DNA of 57,663 bases from an uncultured Candidatus Saccharibacteria bacterium (GTDB lineage Bacteria > Patescibacteriota > Minisyncoccia > Minisyncoccales > CAZBVF01): contig CAZKKG010000002.1 in the NCBI GenBank assembly GCA_964553275.1, positions 1 to 57,663 of the forward strand, written 5' to 3'. The notes under the pieces were generated by a model. The model made no database searches. It saw nothing but the letters and a program-made list of their open reading frames with translations, and was not told the origin of the DNA. Made by a program: the position numbers and the translations under genes. Of this stretch, positions 27,959 through 36,527 are shown piece after piece. Every line of letters starts with the position of its first letter. Positions within the stretch are counted from its first letter, which is position 1.

Positions 27959-29056
27959 CTAAAACAATCTTGGAATGTCAAATTTAATTGTGATATATAG
28001 CATTAAGACAATCAGAATAGCAAAAAAGAAAGTTGTAAGATTCTGCTCTACCTTTACAGAAACAGGCTTTTTCCTTACAGCCTCAATGGCTAGGAAAACA
28101 AGCTTGCCTCCGTCCAGAGCAGGAATGGGAAGAATGTTCGCCAATGCTAAAGCAACTGAAATAAGGGCAACCAGATACAGAAAGTAATTAAATCCTATTT
28201 CAAAATATTCACCGAGCAAATCAAAAATTCCCAAAGGCCCTCTCATCTCAAATTTAATACCGGAAGGAAGTTTTTCTATCCCCAAGGCGCTTTTAATGCC
28301 CATTATCCATCCCTCAAGTATATTAGAGGTCAAAATATAAGTTGCATTTATGCCCTGAATCGGAGCCCGATACCATGCATACGGTCTTAAAGCAATCCTT
28401 ACCAACGCAACACCTAAAGGGCCCTCTCCATTGGGGGGAGAAACTCTGGGCACAATAGGAATTTCAAGATAATCCTTTCCCCTTTTAATATTTAAGATAA
28501 TTTCTTGCCCCTTATTGGCTGCAACAAATTCCTGAACTTCTGTAACCTTGCCAATTGCTTTCAATTCAGAACCTTCAGTTTTAATCCCTTTTATAATATC
28601 CGCAATTTTCAAACCGGCTTCTCCTGCAGGAGAATCTTCCGTAACTCCTATAATCTGGACTTTGGGATCTACTAAATTCTTTGTTTCGTTGTCGGAAATA
28701 GCCGTAGGCAATCCCCACACTCCAGAAACAATAGTTAGCAATACTATAGAAACAATCCAAAAAGAGGCAACTCCGCCCAGAACAATCAGCGCCCTTTGCC
28801 ATATCGGCTTGTTCGAAAAGCTTCTATAATCTTCAATTCCCCCTATCTCCCCTTTTATTCTGACAAAAGCGCCGAAAGGAATAAGATTTATTGAATAAAT
28901 AGTTCCTCTTATTTTTCTCCCAAAAAGACGGGGGGGATAGCCAATTCCGAATTCTTCAACTTCCACTCCGCATTTCTTGGCTATAATAAAATGACCGTAC
29001 TCATGAAGTACTAACAATCCCAAAACACTAATAAGGGCAACAATAAAAGTTAACAT
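27959..29056 (-). CDS. rseP: Site-2 (M50) membrane metalloprotease with PDZ domain
   Basis: HEYGHFIIAKKCG (HExxH) in the first TM, a PDZ-like middle region, and NILPIPALDGG. Confidence 0.88.
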   Translation of the reverse strand: MLTFIVALISVLGLLVLHEYGHFIIAKKCGVEVEEFGIGYPPRLFGRKIRGTIYSINLIPFGAFVRIKGEIGGIEDYRSFSNKPIWQRALIVLGGVASFWIVSIVLLTIVSGVWGLPTAISDNETKNLVDPKVQIIGVTEDSPAGEAGLKIADIIKGIKTEGSELKAIGKVTEVQEFVAANKGQEIILNIKRGKDYLEIPIVPRVSPPNGEGPLGVALVRIALRPYAWYRAPIQGINATYILTSNILEGWIMGIKSALGIEKLPSGIKFEMRGPLGIFDLLGEYFEIGFNYFLYLVALISVALALANILPIPALDGGKLVFLAIEAVRKKPVSVKVEQNLTTFFFAILIVLMLYITIKFDIPRLF

Positions 29057-29059
29057 ATT

Positions 29060-29617
29060 TTATCTGCTTATTTCCTCCTTTTTTCTTTCTCCCAACTGCT
29101 CAATCTTCTCATTATAATCATCTATTATTTTTTGAAGATCGTCTTTCGCCCGAAACTTATCATCTTCCCTTATATTTCCCTCCTTGAAATTTATTTGAAC
29201 TTCTTTCCAAATTTCTTCACGCCATCTTCGTACGGTTTTTCGAGCATCTTCTTCTTTCTCAGAAACAATTTTTAACAGATTGTCTCTGAATTCTCCGGTC
29301 AAAGGAGGTATATTAATTCTAATTACATCTTTATCTGAAATCGGAGATACTCCGATATTCGATTGGGAGATCGCTTTTCCTATAGATTCTAAATAAGACC
29401 TGTCCCATGGCTGGATTAAAATTTGCCGAGGGCCCTGCAGAGTTATCGCCGCAAGCTGCTTTAAAGGAAGTTTTTCACCAAAACAATTAACTGATATATC
29501 TTCAACTAAAGAAATTGATGCTGTCCCGCTTCTAATTTTGGAAAGTTCTCTCTCTAAAAAAGAAACAACCTTTTCAAGTTCCGGTTTTATTTTATCAATA
29601 ATTTCTTTATGTTCCAT
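29060..29617 (-). CDS. frr: Ribosome recycling factor
   Basis: 185 aa; KMEKVVSFL-type N-terminus, IRTGRA-like SKIRSGTAS, and a C-terminal coiled coil. Confidence 0.9.
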   Translation of the reverse strand: MEHKEIIDKIKPELEKVVSFLERELSKIRSGTASISLVEDISVNCFGEKLPLKQLAAITLQGPRQILIQPWDRSYLESIGKAISQSNIGVSPISDKDVIRINIPPLTGEFRDNLLKIVSEKEEDARKTVRRWREEIWKEVQINFKEGNIREDDKFRAKDDLQKIIDDYNEKIEQLGERKKEEISR

Positions 29618-29684
29618 AAAAAATATAAATGGCTTATCTTTTCTAAACTATATCAGAGTTTAAGACGTATGTCGAGAAAAAAAC

Positions 29685-29701
29685 AAGGGTTTTTTACCCT
29701 T
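29685..29701 (-). terminator. Small hairpin with U-run downstream of holB
   Basis: AAGGGT / TTTTT / ACCCTT flanked by A/T runs. Confidence 0.45.
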
Positions 29702-29730
29702 TTAATCACGTGTAAACAAAATTAAAAAAA

Positions 29731-30642
29731 TTAAAGTTCAAGCATTAAAATTTCCAATGCAAGACGCTGGTTAACATTGGTACTGAAACTTAAAAAATTT
29801 AATCTCTCCATCAAATTTATAAGATTCCTTGTCTTCTTTAAAGAATAATTTTCAAAGCCGCAAGGTTCTTTTTTTACTTTCTTGAGCAGAATTTCTCTAA
29901 AATAACTTATCCATATATTTAAAATCTTATTCAAGTTTTTAGAATCTTTAACCAAGCTTTCAACATATTGAAAACGCAAAGCAAGATCAGCTTTTGAAAG
30001 CTTTGTAATTTCTTCAATCCTCTTTTTCTGATTCTCAAGCTCCTCGGGATTTGAAACAAAATTCATAGTCTGACCGGGTTTTCCCTCATAAAATTTCAAA
30101 AGTTCGCTAACGGTTTTTTTAGGAATATTCTCTTTTTCCAAATAATTTTTAATTTCTAAAACAGGCACTTTATAGAATTTTAAAACTTGGGTTCTTGAAA
30201 TAATGGTAGGCAAAATCATTTTAGGAAAAGAGCTGATAAGAATGAAGACAGAATTTCCCCGGGGTTCTTCCAAAAGTTTTAAAAAAGAACTTTGGGCATC
30301 CTGCTTCATAAAATGAGCGTCGTCTATTATTGCCACTTTAAAAAGGGCATTGGAATTAGTAAGGTTAAAAAAAGATTTAAGTTCTCTCACTTGAGATATT
30401 TGAATCTGCCGGCTAATTTGCTTTTTACCTATTTTCAATTCCGGCTTTATAAAATGGAAGTCGGAATTTATCCCTTTTTCAAGACTCTCCCCTTTGCAAT
30501 TTAAAATCAATTCTGCAAACTCAAGGGCAACTTTTCTTTTTCCTATGCTTTCTTCACCGGAAAATAAAAAAGCATGAGGTATTCTTTTCGCCTCTGCCAT
30601 TTTCTTAAGATATTGCCATTGAAATTTATGACCTATTATCAT
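29731..30642 (-). CDS. holB: DNA polymerase III delta-prime subunit
   Basis: AAA+ clamp-loader fold: HAFLFSGEESIGKRKVA and LLKLLEEP. Confidence 0.8.
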   Translation of the reverse strand: MIIGHKFQWQYLKKMAEAKRIPHAFLFSGEESIGKRKVALEFAELILNCKGESLEKGINSDFHFIKPELKIGKKQISRQIQISQVRELKSFFNLTNSNALFKVAIIDDAHFMKQDAQSSFLKLLEEPRGNSVFILISSFPKMILPTIISRTQVLKFYKVPVLEIKNYLEKENIPKKTVSELLKFYEGKPGQTMNFVSNPEELENQKKRIEEITKLSKADLALRFQYVESLVKDSKNLNKILNIWISYFREILLKKVKKEPCGFENYSLKKTRNLINLMERLNFLSFSTNVNQRLALEILMLEL

Positions 30643-30698
30643 TAAATCATTTGCATAAATTTAAATAACTCACGGAAAACTATTTCCTTCGGACCCTT

Positions 30699-31712
30699 CT
30701 AGTATCCTCTTTTGCTCATTATGCTTTTTTTGTAGAGGTCAAGGTTCTCCAGCACTATTCCCGTGCCTTTAGCAACACAGAAGAGGGGTTCTTTCGCGAT
30801 AAAGCAAGGTACGCCCGTTGATTTAGCAATCAATTTATCGATATTTCTCAAGAGAGCTCCTCCTCCGGACACAACCATGCCTTTGTCGATAATATCCGCT
30901 GAAAGTTCCGGAGGGGTAACACGCAGAACCCGCTTAATTACCTGAATAATTTCACTAAGCGGTTCGGAGATAGCTTCGCAAATCTCATTTGAGGAAATTC
31001 TTATCGTCTTAGGAAGCCCTAAAATCAAGTCATTGCCTCGCACTTCCAGGGTTTTCGGAACTCTTTGCTTTAAAGCATTCCCTATTTTAATCTTAATCTC
31101 CTCACTTGTCTTGGTACCAATAGCCAGATTATATTTATTCTTAATAAATTCTGAAATTGCTTTATCCATTTTATCTCCAGCCACTCTCGCAGAACTTGCG
31201 GTGACAATTCCTCCCAAAGAAATAACTGCCACCTCTGAAGTTCCTCCTCCAATATCGATAATTAAGTTTCCCGAACATGAATTAATAGAAATTCCCGCTC
31301 CGATAGCAGCCAGAATCGGCTCTTTTGCAACGTAAGCCTGCCTTGCTCCCGCCCCCATAGCTGCTCCAATAACTGCTCTTCTTTCGGTAGAAGTTATCCC
31401 TGCAGGTATAGAAATCATCAATTCCGGCTTAAAAAACTGATAAGGGGGCACTACCTTCTTAATGAAGTAAGATATCATTGCTTGAGTTACCCTAAAGTCA
31501 GCAATAACGCCATCTTTAAGAGGACGGTAAACTCTGACACTATCGGGGGTGCGTCCTATCATTTCTTTAGCTTCTTCACCTACCGCCAATATTTTATTTT
31601 CATCTAAAGAAACCGCAACCGTTGAGGGTTCCTGTAAAACTATACCTTTTTTAGGAACAAAAACCAGAGAGTTGCATGTTCCAAGATCAATTCCTATTTT
31701 TTTTACAAACAC
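30699..31712 (-). CDS. mreB: Rod-shape-determining protein MreB (paralogue 2, canonical length)
   Basis: IGIDLGTCNSLVFV, DIGGGTSEVAVISLGG, VVSGGGALLRNID; 337 aa. Confidence 0.9.
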   Translation of the reverse strand: MFVKKIGIDLGTCNSLVFVPKKGIVLQEPSTVAVSLDENKILAVGEEAKEMIGRTPDSVRVYRPLKDGVIADFRVTQAMISYFIKKVVPPYQFFKPELMISIPAGITSTERRAVIGAAMGAGARQAYVAKEPILAAIGAGISINSCSGNLIIDIGGGTSEVAVISLGGIVTASSARVAGDKMDKAISEFIKNKYNLAIGTKTSEEIKIKIGNALKQRVPKTLEVRGNDLILGLPKTIRISSNEICEAISEPLSEIIQVIKRVLRVTPPELSADIIDKGMVVSGGGALLRNIDKLIAKSTGVPCFIAKEPLFCVAKGTGIVLENLDLYKKSIMSKRGY

Positions 31713-31782
31713 GATTTAAATTCAAGACTTAAAACTCAAAAATCTTTCTCTTGATGTTTGAAATTTCAGCTTGATATTATTT

Positions 31783-33108
31783 TTATTTTAAAGCTATTCT
31801 TTTAATGTCAGCTCCCAATCCCTGCAGCCGCTCTTCAATGCGTTCATAACCCCTGTCAATCTGATAAATATTTTCAATGGTGGTTTTTCCCTTAGCAATC
31901 AATCCCGCCATAATAAGGGCGGCTCCTCCTCTCAAATCCAGTGATTTCAGTTTTTTCCCGTAAAGCTTAGTCGGTCCGTTAATTATTGCCCGATGAGGAT
32001 CGGCAAAATAAATCTCGGCACCCATTTTAGTCAATTCTTCTAAATATTTCAATCTTCCTTCGTATAAAGGATCGTGAATTAACGTAGATCCATCTGCCTG
32101 GGTTGCTAAAACTCCAAAAGCTGATTGGAGGTCGGAAGGAATGCCGGGATAAGGCAGGCTTTGAATTTTGTTTATCTTTAAATTCTTCCATGGATAAACC
32201 CTAACCGAAGCAAGGCCTTTTCCTTTCTTTACAATCTTAAGAGGCACTCCAAAATCTTTTAATTTCTTCAACGGAAATTCCAGGAACGGAAGCTCAACAT
32301 TTTCAATTAAAACATTTCCCCTTGTAGCTGCAGCGGTGATAATAAAAGTGCCTGCTTCCGGAGGATCATACATTAATTTGTGTTTCACTCCCTTTAATCT
32401 TTTTTTCCCTTTAATAGTTAACTTGTGAGTTCCTGTTCCTTCTATCCCTACACCCATCTTCTCTAAAAATCTTGCCAGCTCCTGAACTTGATAATCACAG
32501 TCGGCCGTTTTAATTATCGTTTTACCCGGATTCAAGGCAGAAAAAAGCATAATATTTTCGGTTCCCGTAACGCTGAATTCATTCAAGATCACTTCTCTTG
32601 TCTCCGGCAAACGATTAAAAGAAAAATTAAAATGTTTCCCCATAAATTGAGCCTTAACGCCCATTTGCCTGAAGGCATCTAAGTGAGTATCTATTGGTCT
32701 TGCCCCAATAATACATCCTCCCGGCTGAGGAATCTTTACCTCTTTGAAGCGGCCAAGCAGGGCCCCCAATAAAAGGACCGATCCTCGCAGTAAAGATATC
32801 AGCTCTTTTTTTGCTTTAAGAGGATCAACGCAATCAGTTTTAATCCTAATAGTTCTTTTGTCTTTCCATTCAATATCTGCTCCCATGCTCTTTAAAATTT
32901 CAATCATTCGAAAAACATCTTCAATCAAAGGTATGTTTGATATTTCACATTCTTCGTTTGTTAAGAGACAAGCAACTAAAATTGGAAAAGAGGCATTTTT
33001 TGCCCCGCCAATTCTTACTTTTCCCTTAAGAGATTTTCCACCGCGTATTACAAATTCTTCCGAAACATCTTTTACAGAAAAAAAAGTTTTAGAAAGAGGA
33101 CATTTCAT
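31783..33108 (-). CDS. murA: UDP-N-acetylglucosamine 1-carboxyvinyltransferase
   Basis: GGAKNASFPILVACLLT, a catalytic-loop Cys context PGGCIIGARPID; 441 aa. Confidence 0.92.
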   Translation of the reverse strand: MKCPLSKTFFSVKDVSEEFVIRGGKSLKGKVRIGGAKNASFPILVACLLTNEECEISNIPLIEDVFRMIEILKSMGADIEWKDKRTIRIKTDCVDPLKAKKELISLLRGSVLLLGALLGRFKEVKIPQPGGCIIGARPIDTHLDAFRQMGVKAQFMGKHFNFSFNRLPETREVILNEFSVTGTENIMLFSALNPGKTIIKTADCDYQVQELARFLEKMGVGIEGTGTHKLTIKGKKRLKGVKHKLMYDPPEAGTFIITAAATRGNVLIENVELPFLEFPLKKLKDFGVPLKIVKKGKGLASVRVYPWKNLKINKIQSLPYPGIPSDLQSAFGVLATQADGSTLIHDPLYEGRLKYLEELTKMGAEIYFADPHRAIINGPTKLYGKKLKSLDLRGGAALIMAGLIAKGKTTIENIYQIDRGYERIEERLQGLGADIKRIALK

Positions 33109-33145
33109 TAATGTTATTCTAATTTAATTACTTCTTTTTGGCAAG

Positions 33146-34504
33146 ATGCGTCCTTTGGGATATAATAACGGTATGAGGAAAAAAACAAGAACTATCCTAT
33201 TTTTTATTTGCCTTATTCTATTCATCCTAATAACACCGGCAGTAATCCTCTATTCGGAAGGATATCGTTTTGACCTTGATCCCCCTCAAGGAACAATAAG
33301 AATTACCCAAACCGGAGGATTTTTCATAAAGGTTTTTCAAAAATCAGCAGAAGTTTATCTTAATGGGAAAATGGAAAAAAAAACATCTATCTTTACAGAC
33401 TCAGCCCTGATAAAAAACCTTTTACCGAAAAAATACCATATTGAAGTTAAAAAAGAAAACTATCACCCCTGGGAAAAAGAACTTCAAATAGAAGAAAAAG
33501 AAGTGACAGAAGCAAAGAACATAATTCTTTTTCCAAAAGACCCGCAACTTGAAAACTTGATTGAAAATGTAAGCGATTTTTGGTTTTCTCCTGACGAGAA
33601 AAAAATAATAACATACGAACCGATCTACACTGGATCCCCGGATGAGGAAGCTTCCCAAAGTTGGGCCCTTAAAATCTACGATTTGGAAAAGAACATAAAA
33701 AGCTATTTAATAGGAGAAAAAGATATTTATCAGAGAGGAGCTCAATTTTTTTCTTTAGAGTTTTCTCCTGACTCAAAAGAAATATATCTTAATTTGGGAA
33801 TGAAGGAGCAAGAAAAAGTTTTTAGCCTCTTTCTCGACGAATATCCCTTAAGTTTAAAAGAAAAAACGCAAACAGAAATTCCTAACAATGTCGCTTTTAA
33901 AGCATTCGGACAGGATATATATTACCTTGATAATCTGGGAAATCTTTTTAAAAGCGATCCTTCTCTAGAACGCATAGTAAAGCTTAACCAGGAACCTTTT
34001 CCCATAAAACAGGAAACCCCGTATCAATTAAAGATTTTTCCAAACTGCATATTCATGCAAGAAAATGAAAAACTCTTTATGTTTGATAAAGAAATAAAAT
34101 CCTTTAAAGAAATCTTTTCTCCTTCTGTTAATGTTAAAATTTCTCCCGACCTAAAAAAGGTAGTCTATTTTTCTAAATCCGAAATTAAAGTATTGTTCTT
34201 AGATCAAATCCTAGAGCAGCCTGAAAGAAGAGCTGGAGAAGAAATACTCATAACTCGGATATCCGAAAAGATAAATGATGTTTCCTGGATTAATTCCGAC
34301 TATCTCGTCTTTACTACCGATAAAAACATTAAAATAACGGAAATAGATAATAGGGATAAAATCAATATTATTAGCTTTCTGCCTTCCGAGAATGCAAATC
34401 TAAAAGAGCTTAAGAGCCCAAGGATATTTTGGAGCCAAAGAAATAAAAAGCTTTACGTTTTAAACGAAAGCAATCTTTATTCTTCTGAAAAACTTTTCAA
34501 GTAA
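33146..34504 (+). CDS. Secreted/anchored protein with PEGA-like domain and beta-propeller-like C-terminal region
   Basis: N-terminal TM ILFFICLILFILITPAVIL. PEGA-like AEVYLNGKMEKKT...LLPKKYHIEVKKENYHPWEKEL. The repetitive strand-rich C-terminal half includes FSPDEKKI, FSPDSKEI and ISPDLKKV, which resemble TolB/WD-like blades. An alternative start lies at 33173. Confidence 0.5.
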   Translation: MRPLGYNNGMRKKTRTILFFICLILFILITPAVILYSEGYRFDLDPPQGTIRITQTGGFFIKVFQKSAEVYLNGKMEKKTSIFTDSALIKNLLPKKYHIEVKKENYHPWEKELQIEEKEVTEAKNIILFPKDPQLENLIENVSDFWFSPDEKKIITYEPIYTGSPDEEASQSWALKIYDLEKNIKSYLIGEKDIYQRGAQFFSLEFSPDSKEIYLNLGMKEQEKVFSLFLDEYPLSLKEKTQTEIPNNVAFKAFGQDIYYLDNLGNLFKSDPSLERIVKLNQEPFPIKQETPYQLKIFPNCIFMQENEKLFMFDKEIKSFKEIFSPSVNVKISPDLKKVVYFSKSEIKVLFLDQILEQPERRAGEEILITRISEKINDVSWINSDYLVFTTDKNIKITEIDNRDKINIISFLPSENANLKELKSPRIFWSQRNKKLYVLNESNLYSSEKLFK

Positions 34505-34505
34505 G

Positions 34506-35099
34506 CTATTTTCTAGAAACGAAAGGGTTTTCTTTGATATAGAAACGCCATGGTTTTTTTGCCCAAGAACCGGCATAATCAATACCTATTCTGGTTTCTG
34601 CAACTATACGAGTTTTAACTCCTCCTGGATCTTCTAACCATATCCTTTTACTTAAACATAGGTCTTCTCCTTTAAAAGACCCGTCCAGCTTCATCCATCT
34701 ACAGAGCTTACCTGGACCGTTCGCTAGATTTACTAATTTTTTTTCATCCCGGTAAGGGGGCTTTTTTATTCCTTCAAGGGGTTCCAGTGCTCTGATAAGC
34801 ACGCATTCAGGCTCTCCCTCTTCGGCTGCAGTAACATTAAACTGCCAATACAATCCATAACAAAGGTAAATATATACGTAACCTCCTCTAAGATATTCTA
34901 CTTTATTCCTCTCGGTTATTTTCCCTTGATAAGCATGGCTTGCTTTGTCTTCCGGACCAATATAGGCTTCTGTTTCAACAATTTTACCTATTATTCTTTT
35001 CCTCCCAATTTTTCTTACCAAATGCTTGCCCAGAAGATCTTGAGCTAAATTCAGAGCAGAGGCTTTGAAAAATGCCCTTTTAAGTTTCTTACTTTTCAT
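34506..35099 (-). CDS. mpg: DNA-3-methyladenine glycosylase (MPG/AAG family)
   Basis: LLGKHLVRK...GKIVETEAYIGPEDKASHAY...GYVYIYLCYGLYWQFNV. Confidence 0.88.
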   Translation of the reverse strand: MKSKKLKRAFFKASALNLAQDLLGKHLVRKIGRKRIIGKIVETEAYIGPEDKASHAYQGKITERNKVEYLRGGYVYIYLCYGLYWQFNVTAAEEGEPECVLIRALEPLEGIKKPPYRDEKKLVNLANGPGKLCRWMKLDGSFKGEDLCLSKRIWLEDPGGVKTRIVAETRIGIDYAGSWAKKPWRFYIKENPFVSRK

Positions 35100-35106
35100 A
35101 GATATT

Positions 35107-35137
35107 AAAAATGTATAAGTTAAACTTATACATTTTT
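35107..35137. terminator. Strong bidirectional hairpin terminator after the Cas4-like gene
   Basis: Near-perfect 15-bp inverted repeat: AAAAATGTATAAGTT (35107-35121) and AACTTATACATTTTT (35123-35137). Confidence 0.7.
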
Positions 35138-35167
35138 ATCTTCCATTTTAAAAATTTTCAAACTTCA

Positions 35168-35848
35168 TTATTCTTTCTCTTTAACCCTATCTTTAAAATC
35201 ATCCCAACTCATTTCTCCATTATCAGCCAAAGAGCAAATATCCCGAAATTGACAATATTTACACTGCCAGTTACTGGAATAATCAGTAAGCTTGATAGGA
35301 ATGATATTTGAATCAATTTTTTTCTTCAGCATCTTAAAATCATCTAAAAGAGATTTAACTAATTTTTTGTCATAATTGACTATAAACTCCTTAATATCTT
35401 GCCTGTCCTTGTCTATATACAATAATATTCCTTTTTTAACATTGAAATAATGAAGGTAGAGCTGAATTTGATAAACATTTTCTATCTTAGGCTCAGCCAT
35501 CTTATTAAAAACCATACTATTGATGCTTTTGATGTCTAAGACATAATTTTCCTTGTCAATGGACAGTATTGCATCAGCTCTTCCAGAAATTATCTCCTGA
35601 GCTGGAATAGACACTTCCGTTGTAACCCCAATCCTAAGACGATACAGGACATTAAATATGTCCCTGTGAAGGGTTTCTCCTCTTTCAAAGATTCTTAAAA
35701 TACGAGCGTCTATTTTCTCTCTTGGGACATTCTTAAATTTAAAAAACACTGCCCGGGGACATTTACCCGCATCAGTAATATAGAAATGATATTGCTCTCT
35801 GTTCTTCTGCTGGTCAAGATAAAATTTATCAATAAGTTCTTTTAACAT
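35168..35848 (-). CDS. Cas4-family PD-(D/E)xK nuclease with a 4-Cys Fe-S cluster (orphan, no cas neighbours)
   Basis: N-terminal Cys (AGKCPRAVFF), ERGETLH, GRADAIL, DIK (D/ExK), QIQLY (QxxxY) and C-terminal CKYCQFRDIC (Cx2Cx5C). Confidence 0.8.
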   Translation of the reverse strand: MLKELIDKFYLDQQKNREQYHFYITDAGKCPRAVFFKFKNVPREKIDARILRIFERGETLHRDIFNVLYRLRIGVTTEVSIPAQEIISGRADAILSIDKENYVLDIKSINSMVFNKMAEPKIENVYQIQLYLHYFNVKKGILLYIDKDRQDIKEFIVNYDKKLVKSLLDDFKMLKKKIDSNIIPIKLTDYSSNWQCKYCQFRDICSLADNGEMSWDDFKDRVKEKE

Positions 35849-35865
35849 TTTCGCTTTGCGAAAAT
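35847..35865 (-). promoter_or_regulatory. 8-bp hairpin that includes A and U of the Cas4-like start codon
   Basis: ATTTTCGC (35847-35854) / TTT / GCGAAAAT (35858-35865). The ATG occupies 35848-35846. No SD is visible. Confidence 0.5.
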
Positions 35866-35941
35866 CACTGATTCAAGCTGATTTTCAACTGATTTTCACT
35901 GATAATCAGTGGTAATCAGGTATCATCAGCGGTAATCAGTG
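35866..35941. repeat. 76-bp dyad array: 4 direct plus 4 inverted copies of nCTGATTa at 10-11 bp phasing
   Basis: CTGAT at 35868, 35878, 35889 and 35899. ATCAG at 35905, 35915, 35925 and 35935. Centre CACTGATAATCAGTG (35897-35911). Terminal 8-mers are CACTGATT and AATCAGTG. Confidence 0.85.
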
Positions 35942-35942
35942 A

Positions 35943-36527
35943 TTATCTCTTTCTCCACTGAGGAGCTCTTCTGGCACGCTTCAAACCGAATTTCTTTCTT
36001 TCTCTCATGCGAGGGTCTCTAGTTAAAAAGCCTGCCTTTCTTAATCTCTTTTTAAAATCAAGGTTAAATTCAACAAGGGCCCTGGCAATACCATGTCTAA
36101 CTGCTTCTGCTTGAGAATAAATGCCTCCACCCTTTACGAGAATCTGCACCCTGAATTTATCAAGGCAATTCATTTTTTCAAGAGAAGATTTTGCGGTTCT
36201 TTGAAGTCCGATAGTAGAAAAATATTTTTCACACGGCTTTCCGTTAATTAAAATCTCTTTATCTCCTCTTGTCCATATTCTAACTCTGGCAACTGAGGTT
36301 TTTCTCCGTCCAATAGATTCAATATAGCGAGAGGGTTTAATCTTTGCTTCTTTTTCGATTTCTTTCCCTTTGCTTTCTTTTGCAGGGACTTTCTCCTTTT
36401 TTTCAACTTTCTTTTTTACTTTCCTTTCAACTTCTTTCTCTACTTTTTTTACCTTTTTCTTTTTCGGCTTCTCTTTGGAAACTTTTTCCTCTTTAATTTT
36501 TTTATCCGTTTTTTTGACTTTTGGCAT
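35943..36527 (-). CDS. rpsI: 30S ribosomal protein S9 with ~65-aa Lys/Glu-rich N-terminal extension
   Basis: The C-terminal 130 aa are canonical (YIESIGRRKTSVARVRIW...GGGIYSQAEAVRHGIARAL...RRAPQWRKR). The N-terminus is a KKVEKEVERKVKKKVEKKEK-type low-complexity segment. Confidence 0.9.
   Translation of the reverse strand: MPKVKKTDKKIKEEKVSKEKPKKKKVKKVEKEVERKVKKKVEKKEKVPAKESKGKEIEKEAKIKPSRYIESIGRRKTSVARVRIWTRGDKEILINGKPCEKYFSTIGLQRTAKSSLEKMNCLDKFRVQILVKGGGIYSQAEAVRHGIARALVEFNLDFKKRLRKAGFLTRDPRMRERKKFGLKRARRAPQWRKR

Noticed and set aside
35897-35911. The central palindrome CACTGATAATCAGTG as a LexA/SOS box, and the 76-bp element as a MITE
   Set aside because: The spacing is CTG-N5-CAG, not CTGT-N8-ACAG, and it does not match the Gram-positive CGAAC-N4-GTTCG box either. 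No target-site duplication flanks the 8-bp terminal inverted repeats, and the internal 10-11-bp iteron structure is not MITE-like. Only a genome-wide search can exclude a MITE.
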